A stretch of DNA of 64,000 nt, taken from the NCBI GenBank assembly GCA_047150005.1, contig AP038806.1, forward strand, positions 1,408,001 to 1,472,000, read 5' to 3'. The first letter of the stretch is position 1. Every line of letters begins with the position of its first letter. Below, one piece after another: positions 1-12,739 of this stretch. Made by a program: the position numbers and the translations under genes. The notes below the pieces were generated by a model that was not told the DNA's origin, searched no databases, and saw only the letters and a program-made list of their open reading frames with translations. This DNA is from Nitrospira sp. (GTDB taxonomy: Bacteria > Nitrospirota > Nitrospiria > Nitrospirales > Nitrospiraceae).

Positions 1-2334
<2,334 letters not shown>

Positions 2335-2367
2335 TTGTCAACGACGCAGTGAGGGGTTCATCCACGC

Positions 2368-3270
2368 ATGGTTTCCCGATCCATTCGTTCTGCCGGTCCA
2401 TTCGTATCCCCGTTTGACCACCGATTGCGCCTGGCATGCGGCGGCTTGTTGCTGCTGCTGGCGAGTTGTACTCCGCCGCCCTCCGAGGAGAGGATCGTGG
2501 CCTTCGTCAATGGAAGGCCGATCTCGCAGGCGGAGTTCGAAGCCGAATGGAGCGAACTCCCGGAGGCGACCCGCGCGCGATATGAGAAAGAAGGAGGCAA
2601 ACCGCGCTTGCTCAGCGAAGTGATTACTCGGGAACTCTTGCTGCAGGAGGCACGCAGGCAGGGCCTGGACCAAAACGATCAGATCAGGGACCGAGCCCGC
2701 CGCTACAAGGAACGGTTGATGCTGGACGAGTTGCTGAAAGACCGCATCAAGACCAAGATCGAACTGACCAAGGAAGAATTGGACGCCTACTATGACAAGC
2801 ATGCGCGCCAACTGCTGACCCCCTTGAAAGTGCGGGTAGCCGTGATGCTGCTCCCGAACTTCCCCGCTGCGAAGGATCTCGAGAAGCAGGTGAATCTAGG
2901 CGGCGATTTCGGCAAGTTCGCCCAGCGCTACTCCATCGACACCAAGACCAAAGCCAACGGCGGAGACCTGGGGCCGTATCGCAAGGATCTGGTTTCGCCG
3001 GAAGTGGACGAAGTCATTCATCAGCTGAAACCGGGCATGACAAGCGCTCCCATCAAGACCGAAGCCGGTTATTATCTCGTCAGGATTACGGCGCTGGACC
3101 CCGAGATCATCCAGGCGGATTTGGCGACCAGGGAACGCCTCCGACAGGAACTGTTGAGCGAAAAGCGCCAGAAGCGCTTTGACGATGTCATCGCCGACAT
3201 TCGCGCCAAGGCGGTCGTCAAGATCGCCGACGTCTCCCGATTCGGCGCCGGGGATCTGGCCAACCGCTGA
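2368..3270 (+). CDS. PpiC/parvulin-type peptidyl-prolyl isomerase lipoprotein
   Basis: Lipobox LASC, SurA_N-like helical region and rotamase motif FGKFAQRYSID...GGDLG. Confidence 0.85.
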   Translation: MVSRSIRSAGPFVSPFDHRLRLACGGLLLLLASCTPPPSEERIVAFVNGRPISQAEFEAEWSELPEATRARYEKEGGKPRLLSEVITRELLLQEARRQGLDQNDQIRDRARRYKERLMLDELLKDRIKTKIELTKEELDAYYDKHARQLLTPLKVRVAVMLLPNFPAAKDLEKQVNLGGDFGKFAQRYSIDTKTKANGGDLGPYRKDLVSPEVDEVIHQLKPGMTSAPIKTEAGYYLVRITALDPEIIQADLATRERLRQELLSEKRQKRFDDVIADIRAKAVVKIADVSRFGAGDLANR

Positions 3271-3435
3271 TACACCCTCCGAGTCTTTCCTAGCCCTGTG
3301 GCATCCGACCGGCCTGTAGGCCATCGGGCTGCCCTTCCTCATTCGGGCCCGTCTCCTGTAGAATCGACGGATTATGAACCGGGATCGCTCGCCTGCTCGG
3401 TCGTACCGGACCAGGCCATTCTCCTTTCCTACGTG

Positions 3436-4455
3436 ATGATCCGTCCAACCTCATTGATCACACGGCTCGTCGCGGGCGGCGTATGCGGGGCCTTGGCATT
3501 GCTGCTTGATCAGCCTCCCGCCGAGGCGGCCCGTGTCGAAGACCGTATCGTCGCCATCGTGAATGCCGACCTCATCATGCTGTCGGAGATGAATCGGGAG
3601 CTCAAGCCGGAGAAAGATCGTATTCAGAAGCAGTACCGGGGCGCGGAGCTGATCCGGCAACTCTCGATCGCCGAATCCATGACGCTGACCGCCATGATCG
3701 AACGCCGCCTCCAACTGCAGGAGGCCAAAGCCCGTTCAGTCGAAGTGACCGATCAGGAAGTGAAACAGGCGGTCCACCAGCTCAAGCAACAGGGCGAAAA
3801 ACTGGACGAGAAGGACCCCGCGAACATGAAGGCGGTCCGGGAGCAGCTGACGCTCCTCAAGGTGGTCGACCGGGAAGTCCGCAGCGGCGTGATGGTCGCG
3901 GATCCAGAAATGAAGCGTTATTACAACGAGCACCGCGACCGCTTCTCGTTGCCGGAAGAATACACGCTCAGCCAGATCCTCATACGGCCGCGTTCGCCAG
4001 ACGACCTATCGGACGCGACCGAAAAGGCGCACACGGTCGTGAAATTGCTCAAGCAAGGCGAGTCCTTTGAAGATCTCGCGCTTCGGTATTCGGACGGAGC
4101 CAACGCCTCCCGCGGCGGGCGGTTGGGTCTCGTGCGCCAGGGAGAGTTGCTGCCGGCAATCGAGCGGGGTGTCTCGAAGCTGGTGCCGGGCGGGATTTCC
4201 GATGTGATTCAGTCACCGGAGGGCTTCCACATTGTCAGACTGGACGACAAGAAGCCCAAGCAGTTTCGCCCGTATGATGAAGTGCGGTTGGAAATTCAGT
4301 CCCTCGTGTATCAACAGAAGAGCGAGGACATGTTCCAGAGCTGGTTGGCGGACCTGAAAAACAAGGCATATATCGAAATCAAGTTCGAGTCCGCTCCTTC
4401 AGCACCGCCCAAAGGCGATCCCTCCCCTCGCCCGTTGTCGACGAATACGCGATGA
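3436..4455 (+). CDS. surA: SurA-like chaperone/PPIase
   Basis: DRIVAIVN N-terminal motif and rotamase FEDLALRYSD...GGRLG; follows mfd. ATG 3436 chosen ahead of a signal peptide; start uncertain. Confidence 0.8.
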   Translation: MIRPTSLITRLVAGGVCGALALLLDQPPAEAARVEDRIVAIVNADLIMLSEMNRELKPEKDRIQKQYRGAELIRQLSIAESMTLTAMIERRLQLQEAKARSVEVTDQEVKQAVHQLKQQGEKLDEKDPANMKAVREQLTLLKVVDREVRSGVMVADPEMKRYYNEHRDRFSLPEEYTLSQILIRPRSPDDLSDATEKAHTVVKLLKQGESFEDLALRYSDGANASRGGRLGLVRQGELLPAIERGVSKLVPGGISDVIQSPEGFHIVRLDDKKPKQFRPYDEVRLEIQSLVYQQKSEDMFQSWLADLKNKAYIEIKFESAPSAPPKGDPSPRPLSTNTR

Positions 4456-4999
4456 CCGGCAAACGGTCGTCAAGACCCAATTCCGCCCCCAACCGGCGCA
4501 GGGCGGCGACCCGCTCGCTCGGCTTCAGCTTGTCCACTTTCGTCGCCACGACGACCGGGAGATGACCGATGGAGAGGAGCCATTCGATCGTCGCCCGGTC
4601 CTGAGCGGCGGGCACCCGGCTCTCTACGAGCAGCACGACGATCCGGACCTCTTCCCGGCCGGTCAGGTATGCCTCGATCAGCGGTCCCCATTGTGCGCGG
4701 ATCGACTTCGAAACCTTGGCGTATCCGTATCCCGGCAGATCCACGAGCACAAACCGCGAGAGCTGTACATCGCCCGTGACTACGGAAAAGATATTGACGG
4801 CCCTGGTCTTACCGGGCGTTCGGCTGACCTTCGCCAAGCTTTTCCGTTGCAGCAGGGAGTTGATCAGCGAGGACTTGCCGACGTTCGAACGGCCGACGAA
4901 CGCGACCTCCGGCAGACCGCCGTTCGGAAACTGTTCGGGGCGGACGCAACTTCTGATAAACTCGGCCGTCAGAATCTTCATCTTGTCCACCATCGTCAT
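4379..4999 (-). CDS. engB: Ribosome biogenesis GTP-binding protein YihA/EngB
   Basis: GRSNVGKSSLIN, SRTPGKT, DLPGYGYA and TKVDK motifs; GGAGG upstream of ATG 4999. Confidence 0.95.
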   Translation of the reverse strand: MTMVDKMKILTAEFIRSCVRPEQFPNGGLPEVAFVGRSNVGKSSLINSLLQRKSLAKVSRTPGKTRAVNIFSVVTGDVQLSRFVLVDLPGYGYAKVSKSIRAQWGPLIEAYLTGREEVRIVVLLVESRVPAAQDRATIEWLLSIGHLPVVVATKVDKLKPSERVAALRRLGAELGLDDRLPVIAYSSTTGEGRDRLWAVLKERTRT

Positions 5000-5010
5000 A
5001 GGCAGCCTCC

Positions 5011-5742
5011 GTGCGGAAGTCAACACCACGTCGACGAACGCGTCTGGCCGCAGGACTTCTCCTGTGCGGCGCGATCGGTTTGGCGGCGTTCGGACTCTTT
5101 TGGCTACTCGCCATGCCCGATGTATCCGCGCTCCGCACGGCGAATCCCACGATCACGGCTCTCATTGAGGCGCGACAAGCCCAGGCCAAGGAGCAAAGTC
5201 GTTCCATCGGGCGCCATTGGATCTGGGTCCCGCTCTCCCGCATCTCGCCGTATCTCCGGCAGGCGGTCGTCGCGGCAGAGGACGCGTCGTTCTTCTCGCA
5301 CGAAGGATTCGATTGGGAAGGCCTGAAGGACGCCGCGCTCTACGACCTGGAAAAGGGCGAGCTGAAACGCGGAGGCAGTACGATTACTCAACAGCTGGCC
5401 AAGAACCTGTATCTGTCTTCCGAGCGTTCCCTGCTCCGGAAAGCGCACGAGGCATTGATTACGCGATCCCTCGAACAGCACCTCTCGAAGGACCGGATCC
5501 TCGAACTGTATCTGAACGTGGCGGAATGGGGGAACGGAGTCTACGGAGCCGAGGCCGCTTCCCGTCATCATTTCATGAAGCCGGCCCGCGACCTGTCCGC
5601 CGATGAAGCAGCCTGGCTCGCGGCCATGTTGCCCGCGCCGCGTCGATATGATCCGCTCAGAAAGACCACAGCTCTGACCCGTCGTCATGAGCGCATCTTG
5701 CGGCGCATGAGCAAAGTTTCGACAAGGCCGGTCACACGATAG
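5011..5742 (+). CDS. mtgA: Monofunctional peptidoglycan transglycosylase
   Basis: N-terminal TM helix and GT51 motifs EDASFFSHEG, GGSTITQQLAKNL, RKAHE, ELYLN. Confidence 0.93.
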   Translation: MRKSTPRRRTRLAAGLLLCGAIGLAAFGLFWLLAMPDVSALRTANPTITALIEARQAQAKEQSRSIGRHWIWVPLSRISPYLRQAVVAAEDASFFSHEGFDWEGLKDAALYDLEKGELKRGGSTITQQLAKNLYLSSERSLLRKAHEALITRSLEQHLSKDRILELYLNVAEWGNGVYGAEAASRHHFMKPARDLSADEAAWLAAMLPAPRRYDPLRKTTALTRRHERILRRMSKVSTRPVTR

Positions 5743-5867
5743 GTCCGTGGCCTGGACGACGTTCAGATTGCAGCTTAGGCCGGCCCTCGAACGGCACGAT
5801 CACCCGCATCGATGAGGATCAGGTACGGCGTCGATCGGAACGCCGCCAAGAAAAGGATGGCAGTAGG

Positions 5868-6305
5868 CTATCGCGACTCGTGTGCATCTCCGACTTCCGG
5901 TACGTCCCGCTCCCCGAAGATGGCGGATTCATGCGTGTAATACTTGAACTCCAGCAGATTGTCCGAAGGATCTTGGAGAAAATAGGTGTGGTGTTCGATC
6001 CTGGTGCCTGGAAATCGCACCCGGGGCTGCTGGTAGAACGAGAGTCCCCTGGACCTGGCGCGATCCGCAAATTCCTGCCACTGCGCCTTCGACAGAAAGA
6101 CGAGGCCGAAATGCCGCGGATAGATACCCCGCTGCGGCTGCGGCGCATCCACCAGATGGGCCACGAGCTGATGGCCGGCCAGGCCGAACGTCATGGCCCG
6201 CTCCGATTCGCGCCCGAGCGTACAACCTAACCCGTCGAGATAGAACCGCTTGGCGGCCTGACGGTCGTGAATGGGAAAGGCCAGGTGAAACAGGACTTCG
6301 TTCAT
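5868..6305 (-). CDS. VOC/glyoxalase family protein
   Basis: FHLAFP...FY...LGC, HFGLV and DPSDNLLEFK motifs; ATGA overlap with the upstream gene. Confidence 0.88.
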   Translation of the reverse strand: MNEVLFHLAFPIHDRQAAKRFYLDGLGCTLGRESERAMTFGLAGHQLVAHLVDAPQPQRGIYPRHFGLVFLSKAQWQEFADRARSRGLSFYQQPRVRFPGTRIEHHTYFLQDPSDNLLEFKYYTHESAIFGERDVPEVGDAHESR

Positions 6306-7186
6306 GTCCAACGATCCCTCACAGTTGGACTGCCTGTGCCGCCCCACCAGCCGGCCGCCATCCGAGAGGTGACGTGAGCGATGGCGAACCGCCCGTTCTG
6401 GGACACAATCAACATACCAGCCGCTCCGTGAATCCGCGAGACCAACTGGTTCAAGATCCGCCGGGCGACGGTCATCGGGCTTTCGCCCTTGGCCAGCCGC
6501 TCGCAGACGGTCCCGGCCAGGGCGAGACGGATGATGCCTTCACCGATGCCCGTCATCGACACCCCGCCTGACCGATTGTCCGCGTAGACGCCGCAGCCGA
6601 TCAACGGGGTGTCGCCCACCCGGCCGGGCAACATGCGCTCGATCCCGCCGGTAGACGCTCCGGCCGATACCGTACCGGTTCGGTCCAATGCCACGGCCCC
6701 GACTGTTCCATGTCGCTCCCCTGTTGTGGACTTGCGGGCGAGCAAGCGATCGTACGACAGCCCCGGACGAGCCCGCGTCCGCGGGAGTTGTTGCAGTTTG
6801 AAGTGACGGGCGAACTTGGTAGCCGACGGACCGACCAATAGCACGTGATCCGTTTTTTCCATGACCAATCTGGCCGCGGTGATCGGATGAACAATGCCCT
6901 CGACTGAGGCGACTGCGCCGGCCCGCAAGCCCTTTCCCTCCATGATGGACGCATCCAACCGCCGCACCCCGTCGAGTTGCCGGTAGGCCCCGCGACCGGC
7001 GTTGAACGCTCCGCTTTCCTCCAAGATGCCGATTGCGCATTCGACGGCGACCAGGGACGGGCCCCCTCGTTCAAGGAGGTCATATCCGGCCTTCAGAGCC
7101 ACCCTCAGGCTTTCGGCTTGTTGCGAAGTCATGGGATGACGGCCTGCACCGCCGTGGACTAGCAGAAGAGGAGGAAGACGTGTCAA
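6302..7186 (-). CDS. iaaA: Isoaspartyl peptidase/L-asparaginase (Ntn hydrolase)
   Basis: VHGGAG, FNAGRG, LDASIMEG, catalytic Thr in GTVGAVALD, STGG, GRVGDTP. Confidence 0.92.
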   Translation of the reverse strand: MTRLPPLLLVHGGAGRHPMTSQQAESLRVALKAGYDLLERGGPSLVAVECAIGILEESGAFNAGRGAYRQLDGVRRLDASIMEGKGLRAGAVASVEGIVHPITAARLVMEKTDHVLLVGPSATKFARHFKLQQLPRTRARPGLSYDRLLARKSTTGERHGTVGAVALDRTGTVSAGASTGGIERMLPGRVGDTPLIGCGVYADNRSGGVSMTGIGEGIIRLALAGTVCERLAKGESPMTVARRILNQLVSRIHGAAGMLIVSQNGRFAIAHVTSRMAAGWWGGTGSPTVRDRWT

Positions 7187-7752
7187 TTGAGCAGCAGGTC
7201 CCGGGCATGACGATAGGCCGGGTCTCGCATGCGATCCAGATCGGAGCGCACGAATCCCAATCCGGTCACGCAGAGTTCAAAGTTCTCGGAGAGCTTCCTG
7301 AACAGCGGAAGCTCGTCCGGTCCCGGATCACGGGCCATTTCAGCCACGATACCGTAGGAGCGCTTACCGGCTTTGACATAATCGACGAGAAAGTCCTGGT
7401 GATAGATCAGACCGGCAGTTTTCAGTCGGCGCAGGTATTCCGGAAAGAGACCGGCCATGAACAGGGTGAAATCGCCTATATGCTGATGGACGTCCCGTTC
7501 TCGCTCCATAGACTGCGCCCCGTACAGCACCTCGGACTCATACAGGAGCTCGACCACGGTATCGAGAGGTTTGCCCTGCTGGTTGCGGACCTTATACAGC
7601 TGGTCCGTGCTTGCGAAATCGACCAGGAGATTCGACAGGTAGGTGGTCACGTTCAGATCGGGCCAACCCAGGTGTTCCGTAAAGCTCTTCTCGGTCAATG
7701 CCCCGAAAAGCTGCCGAAGCGGATGTCGAGGAGGAACCTCTGTTCCCATCAC
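7183..7752 (-). CDS. Conserved hypothetical helical protein
   Basis: 189-aa ORF with an RBS and a HIGDFTLFMAGLFPE...Y..AGKRSY pattern; TTGA overlap with iaaA. Confidence 0.8.
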   Translation of the reverse strand: MMGTEVPPRHPLRQLFGALTEKSFTEHLGWPDLNVTTYLSNLLVDFASTDQLYKVRNQQGKPLDTVVELLYESEVLYGAQSMERERDVHQHIGDFTLFMAGLFPEYLRRLKTAGLIYHQDFLVDYVKAGKRSYGIVAEMARDPGPDELPLFRKLSENFELCVTGLGFVRSDLDRMRDPAYRHARDLLLN

Positions 7753-7861
7753 GCCCTCCCTGCTATGACCTTCTGCGCCTAGTATAACAGAGTAGCCGCC
7801 AGTCGCATCCTGTGTGCTTCATGCGTCGGACGGAACACTTCCTAAAACCAGACTCGGCCGG

Positions 7862-8302
7862 TCAACGGGTCTCCAGCACGAAGGTCACCGGTCCGTCGTT
7901 CACCGAATCTACGGCCATATGGGCGGCGAACACCCCCGTTTCCACCGGTACGCCTCGTTCACGCAATTCGCCGATGACGAACTCATACAAACGCTTCGCT
8001 TCCGTGGGCGCCGCCGCCGCCTCGAAGCTCGGACGGCGGCCGTTTCTGGTGTTGCCCAACAGCGTGAATTGGGAGACGAGGAGCACCGAGCCCCCCGTAT
8101 CCGTGAGGGATCGATTCATCTTGCCCCGGTCGTCGGAGAATATCCGCAGCGTACGCAGCTTCTCGGCCAGCGAGCGGCCGTCGGCTTCCGTATCCCCATC
8201 GGCCACCCCCAGAAGGACCAGCAGCCCATCGCGAATCTGTCCCACGATCTGTCCGTCCACTTCCACAGATGCCCTTGCAACGCGCTGGATGACAGCCCTC
8301 AT
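7862..8302 (-). CDS. dtd: D-aminoacyl-tRNA deacylase
   Basis: [19 protein letters not shown] and NDGPVT motifs. Confidence 0.97.
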   Translation of the reverse strand: MRAVIQRVARASVEVDGQIVGQIRDGLLVLLGVADGDTEADGRSLAEKLRTLRIFSDDRGKMNRSLTDTGGSVLLVSQFTLLGNTRNGRRPSFEAAAAPTEAKRLYEFVIGELRERGVPVETGVFAAHMAVDSVNDGPVTFVLETR

Positions 8303-8368
8303 TGAGCTTCCGTATCTCGTGGTTCGTATCTCACCAAATATATCTCGGCCACAGGAATCGCCTGCGCT

Positions 8369-8905
8369 TCACGCTTCCCTCTCCGCTCGGCGGCGACGCA
8401 GCGAAGACAGGGTTCCTTCCAAGTGGAGCAGTCGTCGCTTCATCGGCAGGCCTCCGGAGAATCCTCCCAGCGAGACATCATGAGCCACGATCCGATGGCA
8501 GGGGATAATGATGGGAATCGGATTGGCTCCGACCGCATTGCCGACGGCTCTGGCATACCTGGCCCCTCCGACGCGAGAGGCGACCCACCGATAGGAGCGC
8601 AGGGAGGCGTACGGCAGGCGCTGAAGCACCCGCCAGACCCGCTGTTGGAATATCGTTCCGCGCTGAACGTCCAGCGGAAGACAAAACGAATGGCGGCGGC
8701 CCGACAGATACAGTTTCAGCTGCTCTCTCGCTTGCCGCAATCCGTGGGTGGCGCGGCCGATCATGACCGGCCCCGTGGCCTTTCGAAGACTCCGTTCGGC
8801 TTCCTGCCTGCTCGTTTTCGGCAGGCTGACGGCGCAGATACCTTTGGCGGATTCGGCAATACCGACCCAGCCCCAGCTTGACTGAAAGACCGTTGCTCGG
8901 ACCAT
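8369..8905 (-). CDS. ogt: Methylated-DNA-protein-cysteine methyltransferase
   Basis: GTIFQQRVW, ARAVGNA and active-site IPCHRIV. Confidence 0.95.
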   Translation of the reverse strand: MVRATVFQSSWGWVGIAESAKGICAVSLPKTSRQEAERSLRKATGPVMIGRATHGLRQAREQLKLYLSGRRHSFCLPLDVQRGTIFQQRVWRVLQRLPYASLRSYRWVASRVGGARYARAVGNAVGANPIPIIIPCHRIVAHDVSLGGFSGGLPMKRRLLHLEGTLSSLRRRRAEREA

Positions 8906-8914
8906 GCCTCGCGC

Positions 8915-10531
8915 CTAGCCTCTCAGGAGACGCCCCAGTCTTCGTTGCACCATTCCCCACACGAGCTGCAATTCCTCCGAGCCGAACATGGCCTGCACAC
9001 CGGCGTATCCGCTTGCGCTGACTATGACCGCCAGCCCCAGCGTGGCGGACTTTACCGCCCAATCGCCCTGATGGCTCCAGATCTCGGCTCCGGCTGCCCA
9101 GAGACACACCCCGATCAACGGCACACACGCGACCACTGCCCTCAGCGACGAGCGGCCGATCGATCGCCAATCGACACCACCCAGTCGCCGGGTCAACATC
9201 ACCACCAGGATGCCTCCGTTGAGCATAGCCGCCAAGGCGGTGGCCAAGGCCAATCCCGGAGCACCCAACGGAGCCATGAGCACCAGCGAGAACGCGATGT
9301 TGCCTATGACGGCCACGGCGGCGGAGATGGCCGGGGTTCTCGTATCCTGCAAGGAATAGAACGCAGCAACGATGATACGGAGACCGGCGAAGGCCCAGAG
9401 GCCGACCGCATAGCAGAGCACGGCCGTGGCCGTGGCGACCGTGTCGGCGTGAGTGAAGGAGCCATGCTCGAAAAACAGATGCACCAGCGGCACGCGCAGC
9501 AGGATCAAGCCCAGCATCGCCGGCAGAATGATGAACAGGATCATACGGATTCCGAAGCCCACGGTAGTGGCCAATTCGTCCAGGGCACCCTTCGCTGCTT
9601 GCGCGGACAGTGTCGGCAGGATGGCCGTGGCCAGCGCGACCCCGAAAATTCCCAGTGGAAATTGGATCAACCGCATTCCATAGAACAGATAGGTCGGTCC
9701 ACCTGAGAAAAAGGACGCCAAGATCGTGCTGACCGTAATATTGATCTGCGTGACCGATAGACCCAGCAGCGACGGCACCATCAACGTGCCGATTCGCCGC
9801 ACGCCGGGGTGACTCGGCTCCAGCCGAAACCCGAACAGCATGCCGCGCAATTTGAGCCCGGGCAGTTGCATCGCAAACTGGGCCGCTCCCCCGGCCACGA
9901 CGCCGATCGCGACCCCGAGAATCGGCTCCGGCAGCGCTGGGGACAGGAACAACGAGCAGCCGATGATGAACAGATTGAAAAACACCGGCGAAAACGCCGG
10001 GGCGGCGAAGGCGCGCAGCGAATTCAGAATGCCCATGGCCAGCGCCGCCAGGCTGATGAAGAGCAGGTAGGGAAACATGATGCGCGTCAGCAGCGTCGTC
10101 ATCTCCAATTTCGCAGGGTCGCCGTGAAACCCGGGGGCCAGAACCCAGACGATGGCGGGCGACGCGAGCACGCCGAGCAGGGTAATCCCGGTGACGATGG
10201 TCAACAGCGTCGTGAACACCGCGCTCGCCAACTCCCATGCATCCTGTTTGGACTTCAACGTCTGATATTCGGTGAACACGGGAATGAACGCCGAGGACAT
10301 GGACCCTTCTGCAAACAGCTCGCGCAACAAGTTGGGAATGCGATAGGCGACGAAGAAGGCGTCGGCGGCCGGCGTCGCCCCGAACAGGCGGGCCAGCACC
10401 ATGTCTCGAATGAAACCCAGAATACGGCTCGAGAACGTGGCAATCCCGATGAGCCCGGCGGCCTTGACGACCGAGCGGGTTTCTTCCGGAAGTTGGACCG
10501 GAACCGCTTGTCCGGCGGGAGATCGGGACAT
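8915..10531 (-). CDS. murJ: Lipid II flippase MurJ
   Basis: SRILGFIRD, DAFFVAYRIPNLLRELFAEG, RLIQFPLG; many TM helices. Confidence 0.97.
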   Translation of the reverse strand: MSRSPAGQAVPVQLPEETRSVVKAAGLIGIATFSSRILGFIRDMVLARLFGATPAADAFFVAYRIPNLLRELFAEGSMSSAFIPVFTEYQTLKSKQDAWELASAVFTTLLTIVTGITLLGVLASPAIVWVLAPGFHGDPAKLEMTTLLTRIMFPYLLFISLAALAMGILNSLRAFAAPAFSPVFFNLFIIGCSLFLSPALPEPILGVAIGVVAGGAAQFAMQLPGLKLRGMLFGFRLEPSHPGVRRIGTLMVPSLLGLSVTQINITVSTILASFFSGGPTYLFYGMRLIQFPLGIFGVALATAILPTLSAQAAKGALDELATTVGFGIRMILFIILPAMLGLILLRVPLVHLFFEHGSFTHADTVATATAVLCYAVGLWAFAGLRIIVAAFYSLQDTRTPAISAAVAVIGNIAFSLVLMAPLGAPGLALATALAAMLNGGILVVMLTRRLGGVDWRSIGRSSLRAVVACVPLIGVCLWAAGAEIWSHQGDWAVKSATLGLAVIVSASGYAGVQAMFGSEELQLVWGMVQRRLGRLLRG

Positions 10532-10580
10532 GATTCGGGATTCTAGCGGAAGGATGGCAGGCAGTCTATTGAACTGTCTC

Positions 10581-11222
10581 TTAAGGTTCTTCGATCACGC
10601 GGTCCGGAATTTCGTTGGGATTGTCGCCCGATGTCGTCGGGCACGCGCGGGCCAGAATCTCTCCGCAACGGCTTACGCCTGCGCACAGAGCAGCGGCCAT
10701 GTCGCCGGCGCGAACTCCTTCGATCACCGATCGCACCACTGCATCCCACTGGCCGGCGGACACCAGCCGGATCAGTTCTTTGTCCGCCAGCACGTAGACC
10801 TCGCGTTCGAGCACCGAGAGCATGAGCAGGATTCCAGTCCGTTCGCGGGTCTGGAAGATGCCGTGCTGCGCGAAGGCTCGTTCGGCCCTGAGCCGGACCT
10901 TCTGGCGCATCCGCTCGCGCGAGGTGACGAGCCGCACAATCGGCGCAAAGGTGCCGAACCACGTTCCTGCGGCATAGGCGACGACCGTGCCGAGGACCAG
11001 CCACGCTGCGTTTTCGTCGTCCCAGCTCCATGGCAGCCATGCCGCTTCCAACATAAGAAGAGCGGTGAGCGTAAGCAAGGCCAGGATGAGGCCGGTTCGA
11101 TGCTTGGCGTCCCGATACAAGCCGGATCGCGATACGATCATCGGGACGATTTCGGCGCGCGTCCGGCGCTCGGCTGCGCGGACGGCTTCGCCGACGCGCT
11201 CCCGCTCCTCCAATGTGAGCAT
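10581..11222 (-). CDS. TPM-domain membrane protein
   Basis: AERRTRAEIV, two TM helices, TRERTGILL and DNPNEIPD C-terminus; third gene of the lemA cluster. Confidence 0.88.
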   Translation of the reverse strand: MLTLEERERVGEAVRAAERRTRAEIVPMIVSRSGLYRDAKHRTGLILALLTLTALLMLEAAWLPWSWDDENAAWLVLGTVVAYAAGTWFGTFAPIVRLVTSRERMRQKVRLRAERAFAQHGIFQTRERTGILLMLSVLEREVYVLADKELIRLVSAGQWDAVVRSVIEGVRAGDMAAALCAGVSRCGEILARACPTTSGDNPNEIPDRVIEEP

Positions 11223-11232
11223 CCGACCACCG

Positions 11233-12132
11233 TCACCAATTGCCACTGGCCCCTCCGCCTCCGAAATCTCCGCCGCCTCCACTGAACCCGCTGTCGGACG
11301 AACCCCCGCTCCACCCGCCGCCGCGGCTGCTGTACCATGTCCAGTCGTCATACGTTCTTCGGTTCCAACCGCCGCGATTGGTCCAGAGCACGAGCCAGAG
11401 CAGGAACGCCGTCACCGCAGCCGCCGCGACTCCCAAGGCCATGCTCGCAGATTGCGCCACCAGATACGCCAACAGACTCCCGAAGAGGGCTCTGGTTCGT
11501 CGTAGCCCTTGACTGAGCACGATGCCCGCCAAAAATCCGACGACGACCCCGATAAAGACAAGCTGCAGAGCATCCGTTTCTTGACCCCAGCCCCTTCGAG
11601 CGGCGGAGCGGCCCTTCGCTTCGTACGTCCCTTCGATGGTCTTGAGGATGGCCTCGGTCCCGGCGCGCACGCCTCCCGACATGTCGCCGACTTTGAATCG
11701 CGGCACTATCTCGTCGCGAATGATATGTGCGGAACGGAGATCGGTCAGCGTTCCTTCCAGACCGTAGCCGACTTCGATACGCAGCCGTCGTTCCTTGACC
11801 GCGATCAGGAGCAATACCCCATTGTCCGCGCCCCGCTGGCCCAGCTTCCAGGAAGTCGCCACGCGATGGGCATATTCTTCCAGCGGCTCGCTCTCGAGCG
11901 ACGGCACGATCAGCACGGCGACTTGATTGGTGGTCTTCTCCTCATGAGCCTTGAGCGACGCCGTCAACGAGTCCACGTCGGACGTCGGGAGCACGTGAGC
12001 GGAGTCAACGACACGGCCGGTCAGCGGAGGAACTTCGAGTGCGAAGAGCGGGATCGCGACCAAAAGCAGGGTGATCAGGACCAAGAGCCGGAGCGGCCCT
12101 TGCCAGACCTGGCTCGTGCTCGCCAGTTTCAT
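11233..12132 (-). CDS. TPM-domain (YgcG-like) protein
   Basis: GRVVDSAHVL, DNGVLLLIA, RIEVGYGLEG and Gly-rich tail FGGGGASGNW. Confidence 0.92.
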   Translation of the reverse strand: MKLASTSQVWQGPLRLLVLITLLLVAIPLFALEVPPLTGRVVDSAHVLPTSDVDSLTASLKAHEEKTTNQVAVLIVPSLESEPLEEYAHRVATSWKLGQRGADNGVLLLIAVKERRLRIEVGYGLEGTLTDLRSAHIIRDEIVPRFKVGDMSGGVRAGTEAILKTIEGTYEAKGRSAARRGWGQETDALQLVFIGVVVGFLAGIVLSQGLRRTRALFGSLLAYLVAQSASMALGVAAAAVTAFLLWLVLWTNRGGWNRRTYDDWTWYSSRGGGWSGGSSDSGFSGGGGDFGGGGASGNW

Positions 12133-12148
12133 ACTCGGCCTGGAAGGC

Positions 12149-12739
12149 TTAGAACTTGACTTGCGGCGGCGTAGCGACGCTCTTTTCGTCAGCCACGGCG
12201 AAGTTGGGCCGCTCCTCGAGATGGAGCAAGAACTTGGCAGTCAGGTTCGTCGGAAAGTACCGGACCATCTTGTTGTACTCGGCCACGCGGTCGATGTAGC
12301 GCTTGCGCGCGACGGCAATGCGATTCTCCGTGCCTTCCAACTGGCTCTGCAGATCTCGAAAATTCTGATCGGCTTTCAGATTTGGGTAGTTTTCAGCGAT
12401 CGCGATCAGCCGTCCCAGCGCCGACGTGAGACCGGCTTGTGCGTTCTGAAACCGCTCAAACGCTTCGGGATTGTTCAGGCTTTCCGGCGTGATCTGAACT
12501 CCGGTCGCCTGTGCCCGCGCCTGTACGACCCCTTCGAGCGTGTCCTTCTCATGAGCCGCATAGCCTTTGACCGTGGCCACAAGATTGGGAATGAGGTCCG
12601 CCCTCCGCTGGTATTGATTCACCACTTCACTCCACGCGGCCTTCGTATCCTCGTCCAGTCCCTGCAAATCGTTATAGCCGCACCCGTTCAGACAGGCGAC
12701 CAACACCACCCAGCCGGCGATCCTTCGCATTGTACCCAT
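12149..12739 (-). CDS. lemA: LemA family protein
   Basis: YQRRADLIPNLV, ENYPNLKA, LEGTENRIAVAR; GGAGGAGG RBS. Confidence 0.96.
   Translation of the reverse strand: MGTMRRIAGWVVLVACLNGCGYNDLQGLDEDTKAAWSEVVNQYQRRADLIPNLVATVKGYAAHEKDTLEGVVQARAQATGVQITPESLNNPEAFERFQNAQAGLTSALGRLIAIAENYPNLKADQNFRDLQSQLEGTENRIAVARKRYIDRVAEYNKMVRYFPTNLTAKFLLHLEERPNFAVADEKSVATPPQVKF

Noticed and set aside
11233..11340. GGC-rich low-complexity repeat
   Set aside because: It encodes the ordinary Gly-rich tail of the TPM protein.
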